This document shows positions 1-9,717 of a DNA stretch of 64,000 nucleotides, piece after piece. The position numbers and the translations under genes are program-made. Every line of letters begins with the position of its first letter. The first letter of the stretch is position 1. The stretch comes from [Enterobacter] lignolyticus SCF1 (GTDB lineage: Bacteria; Pseudomonadota; Gammaproteobacteria; Enterobacterales; Enterobacteriaceae): the NCBI RefSeq assembly GCF_000164865.1, contig NC_014618.1, positions 661,753 through 725,752 of the forward strand. Direction: 5' to 3'. The notes under the pieces are model-generated. The model was not told where the DNA came from. It was given only the letters and a program-made list of their open reading frames with translations, and did no database searches.

Positions 1-609
1 CAGGGTAAACCGTTTAACGTTCGCGACTCGAACCTGATTTTTAAAATCAGGATCGTGAAGTCGTTTATCGGCACCGTCACTATTCCCCAGCAGGTCATGT
101 TTAACGTGTATGTAACCACCCATAGCGGCGATCCGTTATCCACCGTGGTTTATCAGATTACCTACAGCGGCACGATTACCGTGCCGCAGAGCTGCGAAAT
201 CAACGCCGGGCAAACGGTGCTGGTGGATTTCGGAACGCTCTACAGCGGCGATTTCAAAAACGCCGGACAAAAGCCGGACGACGCGCCGGTAAAAACCTTC
301 AATGTGCCCATCCAGTGCAACGGCAGCATTAACTATCCCGCTAACCTGACGCTGCGCGTCCAGGCCACGGCGGACGCCCATTTTACCCAGGCCGTCGCCT
401 CGGATAACGCCGACGTTGGCGTGGTCATCGCCGACCCGGGCGGCAAGGTGCTAACGCCGAACGACCTCAACAGCAATATTCCATTTACCACCGATGCTTC
501 CGGGAAGGCGAACGTCAGCCTGCAGGCGTACCCCATCAGCACGACGGGGAAATCGCCCGCGGAAGGCGTCTTTACGGCGCTGGCGTTCCTGCGCGTCGAC
601 TTTGCGTAA
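1..609 (+). CDS. Fimbrial adhesin/tip-subunit-like protein, 5'-partial (C-terminal pilin-like domain)
   Basis: Frame 1 is open from nt 1 with no upstream stop; the listed GTG at 55 is probably internal. The translation is beta-rich and Thr/Val/Gly-rich, like the chaperone-usher subunits encoded immediately downstream. The real start lies outside the window. Confidence 0.5.
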   Translation, partial: QGKPFNVRDSNLIFKIRIVKSFIGTVTIPQQVMFNVYVTTHSGDPLSTVVYQITYSGTITVPQSCEINAGQTVLVDFGTLYSGDFKNAGQKPDDAPVKTFNVPIQCNGSINYPANLTLRVQATADAHFTQAVASDNADVGVVIADPGGKVLTPNDLNSNIPFTTDASGKANVSLQAYPISTTGKSPAEGVFTALAFLRVDFA

Positions 610-614
610 ATCAG

Positions 615-1157
615 GTGAAGATGATGAAAAGTTACGTCTTATCAGGTCTGTGGCTCTGCGGGGCGTTTGCGGCCCATGCCGATGACGGCAGCTATAACCT
701 GAAGCTTACCGGCACCATTGTGGCGGAAACCTGCAATGTGGATGCGTCAAGCGAGACGCAGACCGTCAGGCTCGGGCAGTTCTCCACCGCCGATTTCCCC
801 ACCGTCGGCTCGACCTCCCGGTCTGCGCCGCTGCCGATTACGCTGACGGGCTGTACGCAGAATATTACCGGAGGGCAGGTGTGGTTTACCGGCACCGCCG
901 ATAGCGACGACCCGTCGCTGCTGGCCCTTTCCGATACCGGAATGGGCGCCGACGCGCAGATGGCGACGGGCGTGGCGGTGCAGATCCTCGACGGCAGTCA
1001 GTCTCCGGTCAGTATCAATAACACCCATTCTGCGGTGTACCCGCTGCACGCGGGAGATAACGTCCTGACCTTCAACCTGCGCTACATGTCGACGAAAAGC
1101 CAGGTAACCGCCGGGAACGCCACCGCGGTGATGTACTTTGACCTTCAGTATCAGTAA
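615..1157 (+). CDS. Fimbrial (pilin) subunit
   Basis: 180 aa with an N-terminal signal peptide (MKMMKSYVLSGLWLCGAFAAHA), a Cys pair and a C-terminal beta-strand ending ..YFDLQYQ, typical of chaperone-usher pilins. It starts 6 nt after the preceding gene. Confidence 0.7.
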   Translation: MKMMKSYVLSGLWLCGAFAAHADDGSYNLKLTGTIVAETCNVDASSETQTVRLGQFSTADFPTVGSTSRSAPLPITLTGCTQNITGGQVWFTGTADSDDPSLLALSDTGMGADAQMATGVAVQILDGSQSPVSINNTHSAVYPLHAGDNVLTFNLRYMSTKSQVTAGNATAVMYFDLQYQ

Positions 1158-1166
1158 GGGGCCAGC

Positions 1167-1685
1167 ATGAAACGGTTTGCTTTAGCGGCTTGCGTAAGCC
1201 TGGCGATGATGGCGCAACCCCAGGCGCACCAGGGAACGGTGTACGTCACCGGCACGATTACCGATAACACCTGCGCCGTATCGCCGGATTCGAAAAACCT
1301 GACCGTGCCGATGGGCGATGTCTCCAGCAAGCAGTTTTCCCGGGCGGGCGACGGCTCGCGCTATGAGCCTTTCGTCATCAACCTTGAGAAATGCGGCGGC
1401 GCGGCCAGCGGCGTCACCGTTCATTTCGCAGGGACGTCAGACAGCAGGAATCCGGCGCTGCTGGCGCTGACCGGCGGCGCGGGGTATGCCGCCGGCGTTG
1501 GCGTGGGGATCTACAACCCGGATAAGTCGCTCATCCCGTTGGGCGCAGAGAGCGGCAATACGCCGATCTCGCCCAACCAGGCGACGGTCGCCCTGCACTT
1601 TTACGCCCGCTATATCGCCGATGGCGACAGCGTCGCCGCCGGTACCGCGAATGCTTCCGCCACGTTTGTCCTTACCTATGCGTGA
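1167..1685 (+). CDS. Fimbrial (pilin) subunit
   Basis: 172 aa with a signal peptide, a conserved Cys pair (TCAVS...KCGG) and a pilin-like C-terminus ..TFVLTYA. Confidence 0.7.
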   Translation: MKRFALAACVSLAMMAQPQAHQGTVYVTGTITDNTCAVSPDSKNLTVPMGDVSSKQFSRAGDGSRYEPFVINLEKCGGAASGVTVHFAGTSDSRNPALLALTGGAGYAAGVGVGIYNPDKSLIPLGAESGNTPISPNQATVALHFYARYIADGDSVAAGTANASATFVLTYA

Positions 1686-2403
1686 CCGCTCGCTGATTTT
1701 TCCGCTGCTGCTGTGCCTGGCGGGGGCGTTGCTGCTGTTCAGCGCGATAGTGCAGGCGGGGGTGGTGATCGGCGGCACCCGCTTTGTGTATGCCGGGGGG
1801 CAAAAATCGATAAGCGTTTCAGTACGCAACAAATCGCAGGCGCCGTTTCTGGTTAACGCCCGGGTGGCTACGGGCGGCGAGTGGCAGGGCGTGGCGCAGG
1901 CTGATGGCGGGGCCGCGCCGTTTGTCGTCACGCCGCCGCTGCTTGTTATCCAGCCGCAGCGGGAAAATATCATCCGGATTATCTATACCGGCGGGCCGCT
2001 GCCTGCGGATCGCGAAAGCCTGTTTACCCTCAGTATTGCCGCCATTCCCGCCAGTAAGGCGCAGGCCAACAGCGTGCAGCTGGCGGTGCGTTCGGCGCTG
2101 AAGCTGATTTATCGCCCGACCGGGCTTAAGGGGGATGCGGCGTCGGCGTACAGCAACCTGCGCTGGCGGCGGGACGGCGCGGCGCTGCGGGTCAGCAACC
2201 CGGGGCCGTATTACGTCACGCTGTTTCAGCTCAGCATCGCCGGGAAAAGCCTGGACAATGCGGGCGTCGTCGCGCCCTTCGGGGAGCGTCGCTTTAGCGG
2301 CTGTCCGTCTTCTCAGCCCTGCCGGATTCGCTGGCAGTCGATCAATGATTACGGCCGGGTTATGCCGCCGGCAGCCGCCTTACTTCAACCGTCAGGCCGC
2401 TGA
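1678..2403 (+). CDS. Periplasmic fimbrial chaperone (PapD-like)
   Basis: The ATG at 1678 overlaps the stop of the upstream pilin gene (ATGCGTGA). The N-terminus MRDRSLIFPLLLCLAGALLLFSAIVQAGVVIGGTRFVY is a signal peptide followed by the conserved chaperone motif (GTRxxY..., SVxNxS). The 1486-1677 extension in the ORF track is an unstopped reading frame, not coding. Confidence 0.75.
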   Translation: MRDRSLIFPLLLCLAGALLLFSAIVQAGVVIGGTRFVYAGGQKSISVSVRNKSQAPFLVNARVATGGEWQGVAQADGGAAPFVVTPPLLVIQPQRENIIRIIYTGGPLPADRESLFTLSIAAIPASKAQANSVQLAVRSALKLIYRPTGLKGDAASAYSNLRWRRDGAALRVSNPGPYYVTLFQLSIAGKSLDNAGVVAPFGERRFSGCPSSQPCRIRWQSINDYGRVMPPAAALLQPSGR

Positions 2404-2473
2404 TCGTGCAGCAGAGGTGACGCAGTCCGCATCGGCGGGCGAGCGCAGTACAGGAGGGGGTTCGGGAAAACAG

Positions 2474-2499
2474 ACCCTCTCCGGTGAAGGAGAGGGTCA
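2474..2499. terminator. Bidirectional intrinsic terminator hairpin between the fimbrial chaperone and patA
   Basis: A perfect 10-bp stem, GACCCTCTCC-ggtgaa-GGAGAGGGTC, lies between convergent gene ends (2403 and 2512). Confidence 0.5.
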
Positions 2500-2511
2500 G
2501 GTGAAGGCGTC

Positions 2512-3945
<1,434 letters not shown>

Positions 3946-4261
3946 TTACGCCAGTCCGGAGCGAAGCGAGAAAATCGGGATAAACGCCAGGTAGATATTA
4001 TATGTAACAATATTTAATCATTTCGTTAACATTGTTGCAGGTTTTACTCCTGCCGCCTCAGCATAAACGCGGCGATTGGGCGAAAGAGATGCATCATCGT
4101 GGTGCAATGGCCGCACCTGCGGAGGGAAAGCGCACAAATTATAAGGTTTAAACGCAAATTGCGATCTACATCAAATTTAACAACTAAAGATAAACTGTTT
4201 ATCGCCGAAATAACAATAAGCCAAAGAATAAGTAACTTAACAACCTGCATAGGACGCACGT

Positions 4262-5782
4262 ATGTCTTCCCATCCCTACGTCACTCAGTGTGATTATGCG
4301 CTCGATGATGACACCACTCTCATGTCCACCACCGATCTGAATAGTTACATCACCCACGCCAACGACACCTTTGTGCAGATAAGCGGCTACCGGCTCGACG
4401 AGCTGACCGGGCAGCCGCACAATCTGGTGCGCCACCCGGATATGCCGAAAGCGGCATTTGCCGACATGTGGTACACGCTGCAAAAGGGCGAGCCGTGGAG
4501 CGGCATCGTCAAAAACCGCCGAAAGAACGGCGACCACTACTGGGTGCGCGCCAACGCGGTGCCGATGGTGCGCGACGGCAAAATCAGCGGCTATATGTCG
4601 ATTCGCACCAAAGCGCAGCCGCAGGAAATTGCCGCCGTTGAGCCGCTCTATAAGGCGCTGAATGACGGCCGCTGCAATAAGCGGGTGCATAAAGGGCTGG
4701 TGGTCAGCAAGCGCTTCTGGGGAAAACTGCCGGCAATGCCGCTGCGCTGGCGGACGCGCTGCGTGATGGCCGCGCTGTACGCGCTGCTGGCGGCGTCGCT
4801 GCTGGCGACTGGGGCGCACTGGCTGTCGCTGCTGGTCAGCGCGCTGATGCTGGCGGTGGGAACGCTGATTTTTGAATGGCAGATTGTGCGTCCGGTCGAG
4901 AACGTGGCGCGCCAGGCGCTGAGCGTCGCGACCGGCGAGCGCAACAGCGTTGAGCACCTCAACCGCAGCGATGAGCTGGGGCTGACCCTGCGCGCCGTCG
5001 GGCAGCTCGGGCTGATGTGCCGCTGGCTGATTCACGACGTATCGGGGCAGGTGGCCAGCGTCCGCCAGGGCAGCGATACCCTGGCGAAAGGCAATGACGA
5101 CCTGAATGAGCGCACGCGCCAGACGGTGGTCAACGTTCAGCAGACGGTCGCGACCATGAGCCAGATGGCGACCTCGGTGCAGAACAATTCGGCAACCGCC
5201 GCCGCTGCCGATAAGCTCTCTATTGCTGCAAGCGACGCCGCGACCCACGGCGGGCAGGCGATGCAGACGGTGGTGAAAACCATGGACGACATCGCCGACA
5301 GCACCCAGCGCATCGGTTCGATCACCGCCCTGATTAACGACATCGCGTTTCAGACCAATATTCTGGCGCTGAACGCGGCGGTGGAGGCGGCGCGTGCCGG
5401 CGAGCAGGGCAAAGGGTTTGCGGTGGTGGCCGGTGAGGTGCGCCATCTCGCCAGCCGCAGCGCTAACGCCGCCAACGACATCCGCAAGCTGATTGACGCC
5501 AGCGCCAGCAAGGTGCAGTCCGGCGCCGATCAGGTGCATGAGGCGGGTAAAACCATGGACGATATCGTCGAGCAGGTTCGCAACGTGACGCAGCTTATCG
5601 CGCAGATCAGCCACTCCACGTCGGAGCAGGCCGCCGGGCTGTCGGATCTGACCCGGGCGGTGGCGGAGCTGGACGCGATTACGCAGAAGAACGCCGGTCT
5701 GGTGGAGGAGAGCGCGCAGGTCTCCGCCATGGTGAAATACCGCGCCGGGCGGCTGCAGGACGCGGTAACCGTGCTGCATTAA
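4262..5782 (+). CDS. aer: Aerotaxis receptor Aer (PAS-FAD sensor plus MCP signalling domain)
   Basis: 506 aa. The N-terminal PAS region (MSSHPYVTQ...NRRKNGDHYWVRANAVPM) and the C-terminal methyl-accepting signalling domain (IAFQTNILALNAAVEAARAGEQGKGFAVVAGEVRHLASRSA) are near-identical to E. coli Aer as I remember it. The long antisense ORF at 4199-5779 is a GC artefact. Confidence 0.9.
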   Translation: MSSHPYVTQCDYALDDDTTLMSTTDLNSYITHANDTFVQISGYRLDELTGQPHNLVRHPDMPKAAFADMWYTLQKGEPWSGIVKNRRKNGDHYWVRANAVPMVRDGKISGYMSIRTKAQPQEIAAVEPLYKALNDGRCNKRVHKGLVVSKRFWGKLPAMPLRWRTRCVMAALYALLAASLLATGAHWLSLLVSALMLAVGTLIFEWQIVRPVENVARQALSVATGERNSVEHLNRSDELGLTLRAVGQLGLMCRWLIHDVSGQVASVRQGSDTLAKGNDDLNERTRQTVVNVQQTVATMSQMATSVQNNSATAAAADKLSIAASDAATHGGQAMQTVVKTMDDIADSTQRIGSITALINDIAFQTNILALNAAVEAARAGEQGKGFAVVAGEVRHLASRSANAANDIRKLIDASASKVQSGADQVHEAGKTMDDIVEQVRNVTQLIAQISHSTSEQAAGLSDLTRAVAELDAITQKNAGLVEESAQVSAMVKYRAGRLQDAVTVLH

Positions 5783-6369
5783 TCCAGTTGAGAGATATCC
5801 AGCGCCGCGCGGTCGATAATGCCGATTATCTGTTTGAGCTGCGCGTCGCTGAGCTCCTGCTGGTTAACCTTAAGATCCAGCACGGCCTTAAAGTTGTCCA
5901 GCGCGCGCTTCATCTGCGGATTTTTACGCAGCGCGTGGCCGACCATCCGCGCTTTCAGCCGCTCCTGAATATGCTTCAGATGCTCGTGGTGCGCCTCCAG
6001 CCACAGGCTGCCGTCATCGGTAATCGCAATTTTTTTACGTCCGCCGTCTTCCACATCAATAGTGATAAGCCCTTGATCCTGCAACAGCTCAAGGGTCGGG
6101 TAAATCACCCCCGGACTTGGGCTGTAGTTGCCCTGGGTGAGGTTCTCAATCTCTTTGATGAGCTCGTAGCCGTGGCTGGCGTTGCGGGTCAGGATATCCA
6201 GGATAACCAGCCGCAGCTCGCCGTGGCCGAAGAAGCGCTGGCGCCGTCCGCCGCCGTGCCCAGGCTCGCCGAACCCGTGTCCGCGCTCGCCAAATCCACG
6301 CCCGCCGCACGCCGGTTCATCACACCCGCGAGAATCATGTCCGAAGCCAAAACCGTGACGATGTCGCAT
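5779..6369 (-). CDS. yqjI: PadR-family metal-responsive repressor YqjI (NfeR) with a Gly/His-rich N-terminal metal-binding tail
   Basis: A PadR winged-helix core (LRLVILDILTRNASHGYELIKEIENLTQGNYSPSPGVIYPTLELL) follows a His/Gly/Cys-rich N-terminus, as in E. coli YqjI. It is divergent from yqjH and its stop overlaps the aer stop. Confidence 0.8.
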   Translation of the reverse strand: MRHRHGFGFGHDSRGCDEPACGGRGFGERGHGFGEPGHGGGRRQRFFGHGELRLVILDILTRNASHGYELIKEIENLTQGNYSPSPGVIYPTLELLQDQGLITIDVEDGGRKKIAITDDGSLWLEAHHEHLKHIQERLKARMVGHALRKNPQMKRALDNFKAVLDLKVNQQELSDAQLKQIIGIIDRAALDISQLD

Positions 6370-6390
6370 CGTATTGCTCCTGTGTAATTT

Positions 6391-6416
6391 GATATATCTA
6401 ATTTATATCTAAATTT
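6391..6416. promoter_or_regulatory. Putative YqjI operator (palindromic half of an inverted pair) in the yqjI-yqjH intergenic region
   Basis: GATATATCTAATTTATATCTAAATTT contains GATATATCTAAAT. This is the exact reverse complement of ATTTAGATATATC at 6557-6572, inside an AT-rich divergent promoter region. Confidence 0.5.
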
Positions 6417-6533
6417 TAAGATTTGCCAATAATGAGCTGCGACTATTTTTTAATTATTTGATTATATTGGTTTTATAGTGTTGCGTTAACCATTGTGGCG
6501 GTTATATCAAAAATTCGCTTGCTTTCCACTTAA

Positions 6534-6572
6534 TTAGCAATCATTATCATTTGCGTCAAATTTAGATATATC
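6534..6572. promoter_or_regulatory. Putative Fur half-box (AATCATTATCATT) plus a second YqjI operator repeat (CAAATTTAGATATATC) upstream of yqjH
   Basis: AATCATTATC matches the 3' half of the Fur consensus GATAATGATAATCATTATC. E. coli yqjH is Fur- and YqjI-regulated. The second operator copy pairs with the motif at 6391-6416. Confidence 0.4.
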
Positions 6573-6598
6573 TTTTTCTCTGCTTATGAGGGCGAACG

Positions 6599-7372
6599 AT
6601 GACCGATTTAACCCAGGCGACCCGCTATCCACGGCGCGTGCGCAATGCGCTGCGTTTTCGCACGCTGACCGTCAGGCGCGTTGAGCGCATTAGCGCCTGT
6701 TTTCAGCGCGTGGCGCTGGGCGGCGACGCGCTGGAGGGGTTTTCCTCCTGCGGATTTGACGACCACACGAAGCTCTTTTTCCCGCCGCCGGGCCACGATT
6801 TTACGCCGCCCACGGTGACCGACGACGGTATCGAATGGGGAGAGGGCGTGCGTCCGCCGTCCCGCGACTACACGCCGCTGTATGACGCCGCCCGCCATGA
6901 GCTGGTATACGACTTTTTTATTCATGACGGCGGCGTGGCGAGCCAGTGGGCGCTGGCGGCAAACGTGGGCGATAGCCTGACCGTCGGCGGTCCGCGCGGT
7001 TCGCTGGTGGTGCCGGAAGACTATGCCTGGCAGCTGTACGTCTGCGATGAGTCCGGTATGCCTGCGCTGCGCCGTCGTCTGGAGGCGCTGCGCGCGCTGC
7101 CGACGCCGCCGCAGGTCAAGGCTATCGTGACCGTTGGCGATGCCGCCTGGCAGGATTACCTCGCCGACTGCGGGTTCGCCATTGACTGGGTCGTAGGGCA
7201 CAGCGCGTCGGCGGTGGCCGCGCGGCTGGCGGCGCTCAGTGTGCCGCAGCAGGATTATTTTCTCTGGATAACCGGTGAGGGCGAGGCGGTGAAATCGCTG
7301 GTTACGCGCTATGAAGCGCAGGGCGTTGACCCGCAGCTGCTGCGCTACCAGGCGTACTGGCATCGCAAATAG
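6599..7372 (+). CDS. yqjH: Siderophore-interacting ferric reductase (FAD-binding, NfeF/YqjH)
   Basis: 257 aa that aligns along its length with E. coli YqjH as I remember it (RYPRRVRNALRFRTLTVRRVERIS...RDYTPLYD...GGPRGSLVVPEDYAWQLYVCDESGMPALRRRLE). Confidence 0.85.
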   Translation: MTDLTQATRYPRRVRNALRFRTLTVRRVERISACFQRVALGGDALEGFSSCGFDDHTKLFFPPPGHDFTPPTVTDDGIEWGEGVRPPSRDYTPLYDAARHELVYDFFIHDGGVASQWALAANVGDSLTVGGPRGSLVVPEDYAWQLYVCDESGMPALRRRLEALRALPTPPQVKAIVTVGDAAWQDYLADCGFAIDWVVGHSASAVAARLAALSVPQQDYFLWITGEGEAVKSLVTRYEAQGVDPQLLRYQAYWHRK

Positions 7373-7383
7373 CCCGCGCGGGG

Positions 7384-8361
7384 TTACGCCACTTCATCAA
7401 ACCCGGATTCGATAATCTGTTTTTGCAGAGTGGCGATGGTGTTGGCGAGCGCTTTTTCCTGCTGGCGGAAATAGGCCTCCGGGTCGGACAGCGAGGAAAT
7501 CAGCAGCCAGGCTCTCTCCCGCTCCAGGGCGCGCAGCTCCTGCAGCAGACCGGCGATTTGCTGCTTAATGGCGGTCATTTTCCGCTGCAGCAGCGTCAGG
7601 TCGTTGATAGCGTCGTGCGAGGTCAGCGGCTGCTGGCCGCGCATCAGGCGGGCCAGCAGGCTGCGAATGGTGGTGAGGTCGCCGCGCTGGCGCGCCTGGT
7701 TAAGCTGTACCATCATGTCGTTGGCCTGCGCTTTTAGCGCAGCGTCGACCAGGTCCGGATGGCAGAGCTTGCTGGCCTGTCGCCACAGCCGTTTCAGCTC
7801 CTGGCGGTCGGCCTGCGGCATGTTTTCCTGCAAATCGCGGCGCTGCTGCGCTTTTTGCTGCTGTTCGCGCCAGGTTTCATACTGCTCGCCCGCTTCGTCG
7901 CGGGCCGGGTCGACGGCGGGCTCGTCGCGACCTGTGCGCAGCTCCGCCTCCTGCCGGCGCAGCGTGGCTTCGGCCAGCGCTTTGCGCAGCCGCAGCACGT
8001 CGGTCATCAGCGGCCCGAGGCGCGACATATACAGGTCGTTAAATTCGTCCAGCCGGGCGATGCGCGCGTTGCGGGTGTCGAGCAGAGCGCACAGCTGCTG
8101 TTCCAGCGTTTTCAGCTCCAGCTTGCTGGCCGCGATGCGCGGGTCCTGCCAGTGAACCATAGCGCGCTGGTGCTGCAGCCAGGCGATAATATCGGCCATC
8201 GCCTCGCCGTAGCGCTGCTCTTCCAGCGCCAGCACGATAGCGAGCAGCGCGCCGTCCCGGGCGTCGTTTTTCAGGTGCGGCAGCTGGCTGGCGATGATGT
8301 CGGCATCTTCCAGTTCAATGGCGTTTTTGATGATTTCCAGTCGTTTGATGGGATTGCTCAT
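7384..8361 (-). CDS. J-domain-containing protein (DnaJ-like co-chaperone; internal HPD motif)
   Basis: 325 aa. The segment KRLWRQASKLCHPDLVDAALKAQANDMMVQLNQA is J-domain-like, with the HPD tripeptide. The rest is charged, helical and coiled-coil. Confidence 0.5.
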   Translation of the reverse strand: MSNPIKRLEIIKNAIELEDADIIASQLPHLKNDARDGALLAIVLALEEQRYGEAMADIIAWLQHQRAMVHWQDPRIAASKLELKTLEQQLCALLDTRNARIARLDEFNDLYMSRLGPLMTDVLRLRKALAEATLRRQEAELRTGRDEPAVDPARDEAGEQYETWREQQQKAQQRRDLQENMPQADRQELKRLWRQASKLCHPDLVDAALKAQANDMMVQLNQARQRGDLTTIRSLLARLMRGQQPLTSHDAINDLTLLQRKMTAIKQQIAGLLQELRALERERAWLLISSLSDPEAYFRQQEKALANTIATLQKQIIESGFDEVA

Positions 8362-8558
8362 GGGACGCCCGCTCAGACTCCATACCCTGCGATGGGTGGC
8401 AGATTACCATTCACGCCCCCGTGCTGCCAGCCGATAATTACATTACAAACCGCATTATTTCAATGCCTTAATCATTCAGCAGGAAATAAATCTTTAACGG
8501 AAATCCGCGTCCGAAAATGAGGGTTAAGCGCCGGTTTTCGCGCTTAACCCAGGCGGGA

Positions 8559-9707
8559 TTACGCCAGCTCAAACGCCTGCAGCAGGTCGGCCTTCAGGTC
8601 GTTCACATCCTCAATGCCGACGGACAGACGGATCAGCTGCGGCGTAATGCCGTTGGCGAGCCGCTGCGCCAGCGGGATAGAGGCGTGGGTCATGCTGAAC
8701 GGCTGGCTGACCAGGCTCTCCACGCCGCCGAGGCTTTCCGCCAGCGTAAAGAGCTTCAGGCGCCTGATAACCTGCGCGGCATAGCGCTCATCCCCGTTGA
8801 CGATAATTGAGATCATCCCGCCCGGCAGCGCCATTTGCCGACGGGCCAGCGCATACTGCGGATGCGATTCCAGCCACGGAAACAGCACGCGCTCCACCTG
8901 CGGCTGCTGGGTAAGCCACTGCGCGAGCGCCAGGGCATTGCTGCTGTGGCGCTCGACGCGCAGGCTCAGGGTGCGAATGCCGCGCAGCGTCAGGAAGCTG
9001 CTGAACGGGTCGAGTACGCCGCCGACGGCGTTTTGCAGATAGCCGAGCTGCTGCGCCAGCGCGTCGTTGTCGCCCACGACCGCAAGGCCGGCAACCACAT
9101 CCGAATGGCCGTTCAGGTATTTGGTGGCCGAATGCACCACGATATCAAACCCCTGGGTTAACGGCCGCTGGATAACCGGCGAGGCGAAGGTGTTGTCGAC
9201 AACGCTAATCAGCGCGTGGCGGCGGGCGATAGCGGCGATGGCCGCCAGGTCCGCCAGCTTCAGCAGCGGGTTGGTCGGCGTTTCCACCCAGATCATCTTC
9301 GTCTGCGGGCGGATAGCGGCCTCCAGCCCGGCGAGATCGTCCGGCTTCACCCAGCTGACCTGCAGCCCGGCGCTGCGGCCGCGCACGTTTTCGATGAGCC
9401 GCCACGTGCCGCCGTAGACGTCGTCGACGGCGATGATGTGGCTGTCTTTATCCAGCAGCTCCAGCACCGTTGAGACGGCGGCAAGACCGGAGGCGAACGC
9501 GTAGCCGCGCTTACCGCCCTCGAGCTCGGCGATAGCGGTCTCCAGCGCGTGGCGCGTCGGGTTGCCGCTGCGCGAATACTCATAGCCGGTATGCTGCCCC
9601 GGCGCGGGCTGCGCGAAGGTGGAGGTGGCGTAAATCGGCGGCATGACCGCGCCGTACGCGTCGTTAAAGGTTCCGCTATGCACGCTTTGCGTGGCGAGGT
9701 TTTTCAT
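8559..9707 (-). CDS. Cystathionine gamma-lyase (Cys/Met-metabolism PLP enzyme, reverse transsulfuration)
   Basis: 382 aa with the family hallmarks (SGNPTR, VHSATKYLNGHSDVVAGL). It sits 10 nt downstream of a CBS-type cystathionine beta-synthase. The pairing fits the Klebsiella mtcBC-type pathway. Confidence 0.75.
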   Translation of the reverse strand: MKNLATQSVHSGTFNDAYGAVMPPIYATSTFAQPAPGQHTGYEYSRSGNPTRHALETAIAELEGGKRGYAFASGLAAVSTVLELLDKDSHIIAVDDVYGGTWRLIENVRGRSAGLQVSWVKPDDLAGLEAAIRPQTKMIWVETPTNPLLKLADLAAIAAIARRHALISVVDNTFASPVIQRPLTQGFDIVVHSATKYLNGHSDVVAGLAVVGDNDALAQQLGYLQNAVGGVLDPFSSFLTLRGIRTLSLRVERHSSNALALAQWLTQQPQVERVLFPWLESHPQYALARRQMALPGGMISIIVNGDERYAAQVIRRLKLFTLAESLGGVESLVSQPFSMTHASIPLAQRLANGITPQLIRLSVGIEDVNDLKADLLQAFELA

Positions 9708-9717
9708 GGTGCTTTCC

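Noticed and set aside
1486-1677. Upstream 64-codon extension of the fimbrial chaperone ORF
   Set aside because: The frame is merely unstopped through the 3' end of the preceding pilin gene. The ATG at 1678 gives a proper signal peptide and overlaps the upstream stop.
4199-5779. 526-aa ORF on the minus strand spanning the whole aer gene
   Set aside because: It is fully antisense to a near-perfect Aer homologue. The translation is Arg/Ala/Gly/His-rich low-complexity sequence typical of GC-rich antisense frames, with no start context.
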